Of a stretch of DNA of 64,000 nt, positions 1 to 9,890 are shown one piece after another. The stretch's first letter is position 1, and each line of letters begins with the position of its first letter. Below the pieces are notes generated by a model, which was not told the origin of the DNA, made no database searches, and was given only the letters and a program-made list of their open reading frames with translations. This stretch comes from Nitrosopumilus sp. (GTDB lineage Archaea > Thermoproteota > Nitrososphaeria > Nitrososphaerales > Nitrosopumilaceae), in the NCBI GenBank assembly GCA_965249555.1, contig OZ252243.1:960001-1024000 (forward strand), written 5' to 3'. Position numbers and translations under genes: made by a program.

Positions 1-490
1 ATTCAGTAATGTTAAAAATATCGAGACCATTTTGTGGAGGAGTTGTATATTCTAATCCTACACCTAGTTTTCTATGTCTGACATCTATTGAATGCTGTAG
101 AGCAAGAATTTTCATATCTTTGTTACATATGAGGATGTTACCATCTCCAAAAAATTCCCCTACAATTACAAATTCCTTTCCAAATCCTTCAAATGTGAAA
201 TAAGCAATTCTTTCTGAACCAATTTGTTCTACCTTTTTTAATTTCAGTCTAAGCATATCGCTTCGTAACCTCTTAAGCAATCTGTTTGGTTCCATTTGAT
301 CTATTTTGACTGAAGTCAACCAAACACCAGATGTTGAAATCATCATAAACAGATCAGGTTTTTCAGTATGATGAAGTTTGAAAAGTATACTGTCTTTAGT
401 AATTCCATAGATATTACTTACATAGTAATCTTGAACTTGTTCAGTAATTTGATTAACTAGATATCTTAATTCTATTCCAGCTAGGGCCAT
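1..490 (-). CDS. NFACT/RqcH (Rqc2-like) family protein, N-terminal part; runs off the window
   Basis: Not in ORF track. Manual minus-strand translation from ATG at 490: MALAGIELRYLVNQITEQVQDYYVSNIYG...LRLKLKKVEQIGSERIAYFTF...IVGEFFGDGNILI, a typical NFACT-N signature. Confidence 0.85.
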   Translation of the reverse strand, partial: MALAGIELRYLVNQITEQVQDYYVSNIYGITKDSILFKLHHTEKPDLFMMISTSGVWLTSVKIDQMEPNRLLKRLRSDMLRLKLKKVEQIGSERIAYFTFEGFGKEFVIVGEFFGDGNILICNKDMKILALQHSIDVRHRKLGVGLEYTTPPQNGLDIFNITE

Positions 491-593
491 AAACATCAAC
501 TAAGAGTCTGAAATTATACTCTTACTATCAGATACGTGCATAAGATACCAAAGATATTAAACATGGTTTAATTGAGTCACGCTAGAAATTTAC

Positions 594-1082
594 TTGGCAA
601 AATTCAAAAAGAAAAAATCACAACCGACAAAAGGAACAGATGACTCTAAAAAAGAATTATCTAAAGAAGAAACAAGTAATATTCCGGAAATTGAAAGTGA
701 AACTTCTCCGGAAGCCCCTTCAAGTGAACCAGTGATAAATGAAGCTGAACGAGATGAAAAAGATAGAAAATTAAATAAATTATTTTGGATGCGAGTGGCA
801 TTAGCTATAATTGCAGGTACAGCGGCTACTTTCATCTTTGAAGATATTGAAGGTGAAGAAAGAAGATGGTCTTCAATTGGTTTTATGATAATTTTATTTT
901 TTGTTACAATAATGGTTGCAAAAGGAATGAAAATGCAGTTACCACGTTCCGATAGAAAAAAACTTGTAACACAAGGTATAGGAAGTTATATTTTCATGTA
1001 TTTGTTCACATGGATTCTAACTTACACACTTGTTACATATGTAGGAAGTATATCAAATGGAATTCCTTCACCAATTTCTTGA
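594..1082 (+). CDS. Membrane protein with charged N-tail and 3 TM helices; EMC6/Rab5ip-like
   Basis: LFWMRVALAIIAGTAA and TQGIGSYIFMYLFTWILTYTL resemble EMC6 TM1 and TM3 patterns (by eye). Confidence 0.55.
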   Translation: MAKFKKKKSQPTKGTDDSKKELSKEETSNIPEIESETSPEAPSSEPVINEAERDEKDRKLNKLFWMRVALAIIAGTAATFIFEDIEGEERRWSSIGFMIILFFVTIMVAKGMKMQLPRSDRKKLVTQGIGSYIFMYLFTWILTYTLVTYVGSISNGIPSPIS

Positions 1083-1099
1083 TCTACAAGGAAGAATAG

Positions 1100-1693
1100 A
1101 TGATGTGGAATTTTAAAACTCCTGGAATCCCTGATGAACAGTTTGAACGCACAGAGAAAGTTCCAATTACTAAAGAAGAAGTAAGAGTAATTCAAATTAG
1201 TAAAGCAAGATTACGTCCTGGACAATTAGTTTATGATGTAGGTTGTGGGAGTGGTTCAATTTCAGTAGAAGCAGCTATTCAAGTTGAATCAACTGGAAAA
1301 GTTTTGGCAATAGATTATGATGAAAATGCTATTGAATTAACAAAAAAGAATATTAAAAAATTTGGGCTTGCAAATATTTCATTAATTCATGGAAACGCAA
1401 AAGAAAAAATTCCCACACTAGAACCAGTTGATGCAATATTTATTGGTGGTACAGGTAAAGACACTGCTGAAATCGTTGAATTATGTCAAGACAAGTTAAA
1501 AACTGGTGGAAGAATTGTGATTGGAACTATATTGATTGAAACTCTCTATACTATTTTGCAAATACTAGATAAATTACAATTTGATTCTGTGGATATAACT
1601 CAAGTTACAATCTCAAAGAGTAGAAAGACAAGCACAGGAACTATGATGCTTGCTCGAAACCCTGTAACAATAATTTCTGCAACAAAATCATAA
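1100..1693 (+). CDS. cbiT: Cobalt-precorrin-6B C15-methyltransferase (decarboxylating)
   Basis: PITKEEVR, SAM motif DVGCGSGS, ARNPV C-terminus; clustered with cbiL and cbiF. Confidence 0.93.
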   Translation: MMWNFKTPGIPDEQFERTEKVPITKEEVRVIQISKARLRPGQLVYDVGCGSGSISVEAAIQVESTGKVLAIDYDENAIELTKKNIKKFGLANISLIHGNAKEKIPTLEPVDAIFIGGTGKDTAEIVELCQDKLKTGGRIVIGTILIETLYTILQILDKLQFDSVDITQVTISKSRKTSTGTMMLARNPVTIISATKS

Positions 1694-1729
1694 TCTAGCT
1701 TTTAATTGGGAACATAAACCAGAATTTGT

Positions 1730-2452
1730 ATGACATCTTTAATTGGAATTGGAGTAGGTCCTGGAGATCCTGAATTACTTACGGTAAAAGCAGTAAAAGC
1801 TATTCATAATGCAGATATTATCATGTGTCCAGCCTCAAATGAAGATAGGCCCAGTATTGCATTATCTGTAATATCATCAATAATTGATGAATCTAAAAAT
1901 CAAGAAATTATAAAATTAATTTTTCCAATGACAAAAGACAAAGATGTTCTTGAGCAAACGTGGAAAAGAAATGCAAAGATTATGGCAGAAACAGTTTTGT
2001 CAGGAAAAAATGTTGTATATCTCACTGTTGGTGATCCATTTCTTTATAGTACTTGGATCTACATGCACAAAGATTTGAAAGAAAATTATCCTAACATGAA
2101 CATTAGTGTTATTCCAGGAATTGTTTCGATATTTACATTTGCAGCAAAGGTTGGTGTTAGTGTTGCTGAAGGTGCAGAAAAAGTTGCTATAATTCCATCT
2201 TGCTATGATTTATCTAGTGTAAAAGAAATTGCAAAACATTCTGAATCTATGATATTTCTTAAAGATGGAAGATATTTTGATCAAGTAATTAAAGTGCTAA
2301 AAGAATCTGGATTTCCTGATGACTCTATATTTGCAATTGGACAGGATCTTGGAACCGAAAATGAAATTATTCGAAAAATGACTTTGGGTGAAGTAAATGA
2401 TGGAACCTTAACTACAAAATATTTTTCAATATTGGTGGTAAAGCGTGTCTAA
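1730..2452 (+). CDS. cbiL: Cobalt-precorrin-2 C20-methyltransferase
   Basis: GIGVGPGDPELLTVKA, FPMTKD, GDPFLYST. Confidence 0.92.
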   Translation: MTSLIGIGVGPGDPELLTVKAVKAIHNADIIMCPASNEDRPSIALSVISSIIDESKNQEIIKLIFPMTKDKDVLEQTWKRNAKIMAETVLSGKNVVYLTVGDPFLYSTWIYMHKDLKENYPNMNISVIPGIVSIFTFAAKVGVSVAEGAEKVAIIPSCYDLSSVKEIAKHSESMIFLKDGRYFDQVIKVLKESGFPDDSIFAIGQDLGTENEIIRKMTLGEVNDGTLTTKYFSILVVKRV

Positions 2453-3209
2453 AGTTTTTTTTGTTGGATGTGGTCCTGGTGATCCAGAATTAATTACAAT
2501 CAAAGCTAAAAAATTAATTCAGAAAGCTGATGTAATAGTTTATTCTGGTTCGTTAATTCCAGAACAAATTCTAAAATTTTGTAAAAAAGGAAAATTATAT
2601 GACGCATCAAAGTTGGTTAGAGAAGAAATTTTTGATCTACTTTACAAAAATGCAAAAAAAAACAAAGCAGTTGTAAGATTACACGATGGTGATCCATCAA
2701 TTTATGGAGCAATAAAAGAACAGATTGATAATTTAGAAAAAAAAGGAATTGAATCTACTGTTGTTCCAGGAGTTACTGCATTTTTAGCCTCAGCTGCAGC
2801 ACTAGGAACCCAACTAACACTTCCAGGAGTTACACAAACAATAATTGTAACAAGAGCAGAATCAAGAACCAAAGTTCCAAAACGAGAGAAAATTTCAGAG
2901 CTTGCAAAACATAAAGCAACTTTAATTTTTTATCTTAGTATACATCTTGTTTCAAATTTAGTTAAAGAGGCAATTGCAGGTGGCTACAAAAAAACTACAC
3001 CAGTAGCTGTAGTGTATAGAGCAAGTTGGAATGATCAAAAAATAATTAAAGGGACACTAGAAAATATTGCAAAAAAAGTTAAGAGTGAAAAGATTACAAG
3101 GACTGCAATTGTAATTATTAGTGATGTGATAAATCCTAAATCATATGAATATTCAAAATTGTATGATAAAAAATTTAGTCATGGCTATAGAAAAGCTAAA
3201 GTCAAATAG
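2445..3209 (+). CDS. cbiF: Cobalt-precorrin-4 C11-methyltransferase
   Basis: GPGDPELIT, RLHDGDPSIYGAIKEQ, SKLYDKKFSHGYR. Confidence 0.93.
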   Translation: MSKVFFVGCGPGDPELITIKAKKLIQKADVIVYSGSLIPEQILKFCKKGKLYDASKLVREEIFDLLYKNAKKNKAVVRLHDGDPSIYGAIKEQIDNLEKKGIESTVVPGVTAFLASAAALGTQLTLPGVTQTIIVTRAESRTKVPKREKISELAKHKATLIFYLSIHLVSNLVKEAIAGGYKKTTPVAVVYRASWNDQKIIKGTLENIAKKVKSEKITRTAIVIISDVINPKSYEYSKLYDKKFSHGYRKAKVK

Positions 3210-3966
3210 ATAAAAAAGATACTTTGTTTTTAATTTTTAATTGGATAAGATTTTTTTCAAGCTTAACTGGATCACCTGATGTAAAAATTTTTAATGAATT
3301 TCTCTTTGATTGATTATTTTTAATTATTTTAAAAACTTTTTCTGCAACAATATATCCAGGATCTATAAATTGAACATTTGGAAATTCATTTTTCAATAAT
3401 GATTTTAAAAATGGAAGATGTGTACTAGAAAGAGTTATGGTATCAATTGAATTTTTTGAAATAACATCATTTAGGACTTTTTTGATAATTTTTATACAAT
3501 ATTGTTTGTTTGTAATAAATTTTCCAGACTCTACAAGATTAACAAGATCTGATCCGTTAATTTTAAAAATTTTGTAAGATGTTGAAATTTCTTCTTCTTT
3601 AATGTAGTTTGATAATCCTTTACTCTTTATTGCAGACTTTGTTCCAAGTATTCCAATTCTTTTTGATTTAGAAATTTTACGAGCTTCATTTAGAGGTGGT
3701 TTTACTCCAATGACTTTGTCAGATGATAGATTCAGTATAAGACTAGGTGTGTTTGATGCCATTACCAAAACATCAGGAGAAAATTGTGCCTGAAGTGTTT
3801 TGATAGATTTTTTAATTATTGAGCCTAGTTGTGCTTGAGATTTATTCCCGTAAGGAAAGTTTTGTTCATCTGCAAAATAGATTATGTCAGACTTTGATAT
3901 TCTTTGAATAGCCTTGATTATGGAGAGTGAGCCCAAGCCTGAATCAAAAACCACAATTTTAGCCAT
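3202..3966 (-). CDS. murI: Glutamate racemase (MurI)-like protein with Ser at both catalytic Cys positions
   Basis: FDSGLGSLS and FPYGNKS present; ASNT and SSTH replace ACNT and GCTH. Confidence 0.8.
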   Translation of the reverse strand: MAKIVVFDSGLGSLSIIKAIQRISKSDIIYFADEQNFPYGNKSQAQLGSIIKKSIKTLQAQFSPDVLVMASNTPSLILNLSSDKVIGVKPPLNEARKISKSKRIGILGTKSAIKSKGLSNYIKEEEISTSYKIFKINGSDLVNLVESGKFITNKQYCIKIIKKVLNDVISKNSIDTITLSSTHLPFLKSLLKNEFPNVQFIDPGYIVAEKVFKIIKNNQSKRNSLKIFTSGDPVKLEKNLIQLKIKNKVSFLSI

Positions 3967-4072
3967 AAATTTTAGGCGTAAACTCTTGCATAATAGTTTG
4001 TTAGCTAAATTTAATCCAAAGTCGATCTAAATGCACACAGTCCATTAAGACTAAATTTCTAAATGACCAGTC

Positions 4073-4723
4073 ATGCCAAAATTCGATAAGACTTGGGCTC
4101 GACAAGAGACCCAAAGTGTAACTGGCAAACTCCGTGAAGCAGTAAAGCCTCAAGGTGCATTAAAACCACGAATCCAAACTGCAGTAAACAAACTACAAGT
4201 CCAAATCTCAAAAATGGACTCTATGTTAACAAAACTGCACGAAAGAGATGCGCAACTCTTTCAGAGAGTCGTGACTGCAATGCAACAACATGATACTAGC
4301 ACAAGTAGAGTTTTGTCCAACGAATTAGCTGAAATTCGTAAAGTTACAAAGATGCTCGGCAACGCAAGAATGTCATTAGAACAAGTCCAACTAAGACTAA
4401 CAACGATTCATGATCTTGGTGATGCTATGGTAGCAATTGGACCAGCAATGTCTACAATGAAGGGATTGAAGTCATCGCTAGGAAGATTCATGCCAGAAGC
4501 AGACGCAGAATTGAATTCAATGTCCCAGACACTTAATGGACTTATGATGGATTCACTTGCAGGAGACTCATTTAGCATGGAGTCTGATGCTTCAAGTGAA
4601 GAAACAGAAAAGATTCTACAAGAAGCATCTGCAGTAGCTGAGCAACAGATAGGAGAAAAATTCCCGTCTGTTCCCTATTCAACTGGACTTTCGTCACAAA
4701 CCTCTACTTCTACCTTTGAGTAG
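4073..4723 (+). CDS. cdvB: ESCRT-III/Snf7 family CdvB paralog
   Basis: Helical Snf7 core (ELAEIRK...LEQVQLRLTT..DLGD), acidic C-terminus; similar to 25758..26432. Confidence 0.88.
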   Translation: MPKFDKTWARQETQSVTGKLREAVKPQGALKPRIQTAVNKLQVQISKMDSMLTKLHERDAQLFQRVVTAMQQHDTSTSRVLSNELAEIRKVTKMLGNARMSLEQVQLRLTTIHDLGDAMVAIGPAMSTMKGLKSSLGRFMPEADAELNSMSQTLNGLMMDSLAGDSFSMESDASSEETEKILQEASAVAEQQIGEKFPSVPYSTGLSSQTSTSTFE

Positions 4724-4820
4724 ATTGGAAAGGACGAACGTTCATTCTTTTTATTTTAATTTTTTAAAAAATTATAGCCAAGTATTTTGTAACACAAAAA
4801 GTTTAGAAATTTTTTATTGA

Positions 4821-5240
4821 TTATGAGAATGTGTTGGTAAATGTACAGAGTACAATATCTAGATCTGCAGGAGTGAATGTTGTACCGACTAGTGTGCCAT
4901 TAACTGTACAATCAGAACCTGTTAAAGTAAAGTCAGATGGGATGCTAGTTTCATCAGTGGTGTAAGTAATTCCAGCTTCTAGAGTAATTACTGAAGATGA
5001 ACCAGTTCTTCCAATTAGAGATTCATAATCGAAAGTTTCTCCAAAGTCTTGTAAGTGTGATAAGAATTTTGGATCACCAGGAAGTTGTGGATCTTCCCAA
5101 ATGGAATAAAATTTATCATCTGTTCCCAAATTATCAGAGTAAGTACGGAATATTGGTATTCCATCAGTTCCACTTAATGCTTCAAATGATGAATATGTTT
5201 GTCCAAAGTCGTTAGAAAATCCCAATTTTGGGAATAGCAT
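4821..5240 (-). pseudogene. Fragment of a surface protein (Asp-box/BNR-like motifs plus a beta-rich C-terminal domain), no signal peptide
   Basis: SNDFGQTY and QDFGETF Asp-box-like motifs; C-terminal TYTTDET...DC...CTFTN resembles prealbumin-like repeats; appears N-truncated. Confidence 0.45.
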
Positions 5241-5303
5241 TATTAAATTTTGAACAAGATATGGAAAAATTCGTGAGCGGTTATACTAAGCGGAAAATAG
5301 AGT

Positions 5304-6458
5304 TTAGCCCCAAAGTTTTTCTTTGAAAGTGAGTTTTTTGTTTAAGATAAAGTTACCAAGTGCAGCAGTTGCAATAGCTGAAACTAAAGCCAGTGGATAT
5401 GCAATATTATGAGAATCTACTAACCAAAATACCATTCCTAGTTGTACTAGTGCACCCAATGAGCTAAAAATACTGAATTTTCCATATTGAGATAACGTTT
5501 TCTTTCGTGAAAAGTCTCTATCCTCAAATGTCCAGACTTTGTTTAAAATAAAATTAGTAGATATAGATGCAATTATTCCAAATACATTTGCATGAATATA
5601 CCAAAAGTCAGTTAGCCCAGATGTAAAAAGCATCGAAACAACATAATTGACAGCTAATCCAGAGACACCAACTGTAAAGAATCTTGCAGCTTTTGAAAGA
5701 AAACGAACTGAATTGCGTTTTTCATTTGTTGTTTTTATTTTTCCATTTTTGTATAATTTCCATACTGATTTAAAATAATCAAGAACAGTTGAACTATCTA
5801 ATTTACTTGAACCAAATTTTCTATTTTCAAAAGTATATGGAATTTCTTTTATGTTAATTCCTTTTGTTTTTACAAGAATTTCCAAAAGAAATTTGTAACC
5901 TAGTGTGTCAAAATTTAATTCTTTAATAATATTTTTTTTAAACGCAAAGAATCCAGACATTGGATCTTTAGTTTTAACACCTAATCCTTTTTTTGCAATT
6001 ATAGTTGCAATTTTACTCATTAGTTTTCGCTTAGTTGTCCAACCTTGAATATTTCCTCCTGTAATGTATCTTGAAGCTACAACAAGATCACATTGATATT
6101 GTTTAAGGGTTTCAATCATTTTTGGTATAATTTGTGGTGGATGTGAAAAATCAGAATCCATTACAACTATTGTTTCCCCTTTGGCATTTTGAATTCCATT
6201 TAGAATTGCAGAAGAAAGTCCATTCTTTGCTTTTCTATGAATCACATCAATAGTGTTTTCTGCAATTTTTTTAATGCTATAAATATAATCTTCTACAATT
6301 TTGCCGGTTCCATCAGGAGAATTGTCATCAACTACAATTGTTTCAGTATAGATTCCTTTTGGAATATTAGCGCGAATTGATTTAAGAATACCAATAATAT
6401 TTTGAGATTCGTTATATGTAGGAATAATAATTGATATTTGAGGATTCTTCTGAGTCAA
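5304..6458 (-). CDS. GT2 dolichol-phosphate mannosyltransferase-like protein fused to a GtrA domain
   Basis: IIPTYNE, VDDNSPDGT, MDSDFSHPP, DPMSGFF; C-terminal 4-TM GtrA domain (NFILNKVWTF). Confidence 0.9.
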   Translation of the reverse strand: MTQKNPQISIIIPTYNESQNIIGILKSIRANIPKGIYTETIVVDDNSPDGTGKIVEDYIYSIKKIAENTIDVIHRKAKNGLSSAILNGIQNAKGETIVVMDSDFSHPPQIIPKMIETLKQYQCDLVVASRYITGGNIQGWTTKRKLMSKIATIIAKKGLGVKTKDPMSGFFAFKKNIIKELNFDTLGYKFLLEILVKTKGINIKEIPYTFENRKFGSSKLDSSTVLDYFKSVWKLYKNGKIKTTNEKRNSVRFLSKAARFFTVGVSGLAVNYVVSMLFTSGLTDFWYIHANVFGIIASISTNFILNKVWTFEDRDFSRKKTLSQYGKFSIFSSLGALVQLGMVFWLVDSHNIAYPLALVSAIATAALGNFILNKKLTFKEKLWG

Positions 6459-6575
6459 ACCTTACTTCATCTCTACCCTAAAACAAATTAATATTAATTT
6501 ATAATAAATTTCATGCCTAAGTTATCTTTTGTTCACAAGAATTTTTTAGAAAAATTGTATCTGACATTTGATCTA

Positions 6576-7180
6576 TTACCATCGAAAAATTCCTATTCTT
6601 GCTTTAGATTGTACTAGAATTATTGTAAAAATTAGGATTGTAAATACCAGGATTGGTAGGCTCAATTCAGGAAGCGATTTATCAGGAGATATGATATCTC
6701 CCCACTTAGATGGAGATGAAATATCAGAAGAATTATCTCTTGTAGAATTTTCAGGCCATGAATAAAATTTATCTAAACTGGCATCATAAACTGAAAGATA
6801 TAATCCATAATTATCTGAACGTTCTAGTAATTGAATTGGAATTTTAAATTCATAACTTGGATGAGGTGTTTTAGTATAACGATCATTTTCATCAGATACA
6901 GAACTAATTGCAATAAAATCATCAGGATTAGAAATTTTATTCATGGATATAGATTCATCTAAAGAATTACCTTGAAAAATAGAACCTTGATCATTTCCTA
7001 ACAAAACAGAAAAACAGAAGTCGTCAATATCATGAATTTCACTTTTATTGTTTTTTCCATCTAAACAAACAGTTGCTTCATCCATTTTTTTATCAAGTGT
7101 CAAATCATTTACAGGATCAACAAAAACATAAATGTAATCTCCAAAATGAGCTGTCCACAGATGTATTACCATTTCTCCTA
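6576..7180 (-). pseudogene. 5'-truncated exported protein with PEFG/PE-type C-terminal membrane anchor
   Basis: Ends LPELSLPILVFTILIFTIILVQSK; no signal peptide; the N-terminal part of the tracked ORF is antisense of a different gene fragment beyond ~7180. Confidence 0.55.
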
Positions 7181-7584
7181 GGAATCGATAACAGAACATT
7201 AGCAGACGCATCAGACGATACAGATGCTGCATGTTCTAAGGATGGTTCCGGTGCTGGTCAAAGTGGTGGTGGAGAAATGGCTAGAAGACTAGTAATTCCA
7301 ACAGCAACTCAAGCATCAGGTGCTACATCAAGCGCTGTTGTAGAATTAAACACTGCAATTCCATTCACATTTGATACCAGTAATGCAACTGATGTAATTG
7401 ATCAGGTGTATTCAACGCCAATTATCAAGGTTCAGTTACCAATGGTCAATGTTACGGAGGAACTTCCCAAACAGCAACTACTGACTTCAATATGTTCTCA
7501 AGACAACTACTTAATGGTGTCACTGGAATTTCAGTAAGTGATGGAGATAGTCTCTCTGTTAAATGGACAATCACAGTAGGATAA
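7178..7584 (+). pseudogene. 5'-truncated, frameshifted exported/structural protein remnant
   Basis: First frame LGIDNRTLADASDDTDAACS...DVID shifts near 7400 to SGVFNANYQGSVTNGQCYGG...FNMFSRQLLNGVTGISVSDGDSLSVKWTITVG*, TAA at 7582-7584. Confidence 0.55.
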
Positions 7585-7631
7585 GATTATTATTTTTTTA
7601 AAAGTAATCTTGTCTTTTTATTTTTAACTTC

Positions 7632-8306
7632 TTAAAGATTTTTCAGCTTGTAGTATTTACAATTTCTTTTAATTTTACACACATCACACATTGGAGATAT
7701 GGGTTTGCAGATGTTTTGACCATACATTACAAAGGTATCATTAATGTCAAGCCAAAATTTTTTTGGAATCTTTTTCATCAATTCTTGTTCAGTGTCTTCA
7801 GGAGTTTTAGTATCTACCAAACCCAATCTATTTGAGATTCTATGAACATGAACGTCAACTGGAATTGCAGGCTTTTCATAAGCATATACTAATACACAGT
7901 TAGCAGTTTTCCTACCTACGCCAGGCAGTTTAACTAGCGTTTCCAAGTCATCAGGCACTATTCCCTTATACTGAGAATCAATGATTTTTGCTACCTCTAT
8001 GATTCTCTTTGATTTTACATGGTAAAATCCAATGGATTTTATGATTTTTTCAATATCTTTGACTTTGGCATTTGCCAAAGATTTAGCATTTTTGTATTTT
8101 GAAAATAAAACTTTGCACACTTTTGTTGTACTTTCATCTTTAGTGCGAGCTGAAAGAATAGTACCTATTAGAATACTAAATGGACCGCCAGTCTCTACCT
8201 CATGAAGTTCTCTTAATGCAGTCATTCTGGGTGGTTTAACTGAATTCATAGTAGACATCATTCCGCGTAAAATTTTTTCCATATTCATGTAATATTTTAC
8301 GTACAA
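7632..8306 (-). CDS. nth: Endonuclease III (HhH-GPD DNA glycosylase)
   Basis: LPGVGRKTA, VDVHVHR, C-x6-C-x2-C-x5-C FeS motif. Confidence 0.95.
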   Translation of the reverse strand: MYVKYYMNMEKILRGMMSTMNSVKPPRMTALRELHEVETGGPFSILIGTILSARTKDESTTKVCKVLFSKYKNAKSLANAKVKDIEKIIKSIGFYHVKSKRIIEVAKIIDSQYKGIVPDDLETLVKLPGVGRKTANCVLVYAYEKPAIPVDVHVHRISNRLGLVDTKTPEDTEQELMKKIPKKFWLDINDTFVMYGQNICKPISPMCDVCKIKRNCKYYKLKNL

Positions 8307-8336
8307 GTATTATATCTGTAATAACTAACATGTCTC

Positions 8337-9491
8337 GTGGAATTAACTAGAGGAGAAGAATCTGCATTAAAAGGTGAACAAGGCGAAATTATGCAGATGG
8401 CATATAGAATTTTAGTTGCAACAGGTGAAGCAACAGATGCAGAAAGACTCGTTCCAATAGAATGGGCCCATCTATCAGGAGTTAATTACAATACAATTGG
8501 CGATGCAGGAGAAGAATTATTATCAAGTATTAGTAAAAATGCAAGAGTTAAAGTAAAAACAACTTTGAATCCAATGGGATTTGATATAGATAATGTTTCA
8601 AATTATAATTTAGATGAAAATTTTATTTCAAAACAACTTTCAATTAAAAACTCTTATGAAACAATGGGTGTTATCCCATCATTTTCATGTATTCCATATG
8701 AAATATTTGATATACCAAAAGAAGAAACTCAAGTTGCATTTGCAGAAAGTAATGCTGCAATTCATGCAAATTCTTATGATCATCTAAAAACAAACAAAGA
8801 AAGTTCTTTTAGTGCACTTGCAAGTGCAATTACTGGCAAGAGTCCATATTCTTCTTTACGAAAAGAAGATTCACCTAATCTTACAATTAGAATGAAAGTG
8901 AATGATCCAAATGAGTTAACCTATGGAATGCTAGGATTTTTTGCAGGAAAGGTTGGAGATACTTCTGTAAACATATCAGGTCTAGGAGAGATGGATAGAC
9001 GTCAATGCAAGGCCATGTGTGGAGGTATGGGAACTTCTGGAACTTGTGCAAAATTTCGTTTTGGAGAAGGAGATGCAGGTTGTGAAAAAGTAGACTTTGA
9101 TGAGAAAGAGATGCAAAATGTTCATGATGAATTAAACACTGCAGAAAAAGGAGACTTGATTACTCTTGGTAGTCCTCAATTAGGATTAGAAGAAATTTCA
9201 GATCTTACTGCCAGGCTTAAAGGACGATCTTTTAAGAAGAGATGTATGATATTTTGTCCCAGAACCGTAAAAGAACAGGCAAGAAAAATAGGATATGCAA
9301 ATGAATTAGAACGTGCAGGATGTGAAGTTCTTTCAGATTGTTGTACATGTCTAACACCATTAATCAGTAAAGATGAGGTTGATGCAGTTACTACAAACAG
9401 TATCAAAGGTGCATTTTATCTAAAAAATTCTAATGGTGTTGATGTAAATCTAAAACCATTATCACAGATAATTGAAGATGAAACAAGTTGA
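8337..9491 (+). CDS. Aconitase X large subunit (phosphomevalonate dehydratase, archaeal mevalonate pathway)
   Basis: AHLSGVNY, SCIPY, AFAESNA, TTNSIKGAFY; followed by the swivel subunit. Confidence 0.85.
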   Translation: MELTRGEESALKGEQGEIMQMAYRILVATGEATDAERLVPIEWAHLSGVNYNTIGDAGEELLSSISKNARVKVKTTLNPMGFDIDNVSNYNLDENFISKQLSIKNSYETMGVIPSFSCIPYEIFDIPKEETQVAFAESNAAIHANSYDHLKTNKESSFSALASAITGKSPYSSLRKEDSPNLTIRMKVNDPNELTYGMLGFFAGKVGDTSVNISGLGEMDRRQCKAMCGGMGTSGTCAKFRFGEGDAGCEKVDFDEKEMQNVHDELNTAEKGDLITLGSPQLGLEEISDLTARLKGRSFKKRCMIFCPRTVKEQARKIGYANELERAGCEVLSDCCTCLTPLISKDEVDAVTTNSIKGAFYLKNSNGVDVNLKPLSQIIEDETS

Positions 9492-9880
9492 GGAAAATTC
9501 TAGTTCAAGGTAAAGTTGAAGGAATCATACTAAAATCAGAAGCATCGATTAATTTTCTTGGTACAGTAGACAAGAAAACAGGAATAATTAGTGATAAGAG
9601 TCATGAATTATTTGAAAAATCAATTAAAAATTCAGTTTTAGTATTTCCATCAGGGGTTGGTAGCAGTGTAGGTGCATATACTATCTATTCGATCAAATCA
9701 AATAATTCTGCACCACTTGCAATGATTTGTCAAAAAGCTGATCTTACAGTTGCAACAGGTTGTGCACTAGCTAACATTCCACTAGTGATTGTTTCTGATG
9801 AAGAGTTTTCATCATTTCAAAATGGGCAAAAAATTTCTTTAGATACAAAATCTGAAAATCCAATTTCAATTATTCAGTAA
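9488..9880 (+). CDS. Aconitase X small (swivel) subunit, DUF126
   Basis: INFLGTVDKKTG, FPSGVGSSVG; overlaps the stop of the large subunit. Confidence 0.85.
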   Translation: MRKILVQGKVEGIILKSEASINFLGTVDKKTGIISDKSHELFEKSIKNSVLVFPSGVGSSVGAYTIYSIKSNNSAPLAMICQKADLTVATGCALANIPLVIVSDEEFSSFQNGQKISLDTKSENPISIIQ

Positions 9881-9890
9881 GAAAAATCAA

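Noticed and set aside
9-203. 64-aa plus-strand ORF, and the many other short ORFs antisense to long genes (e.g. 590-835, 9176-9406, 28497-28901, 53264-53635)
   Set aside because: Shadow ORFs opposite well-supported genes, with no recognisable motifs
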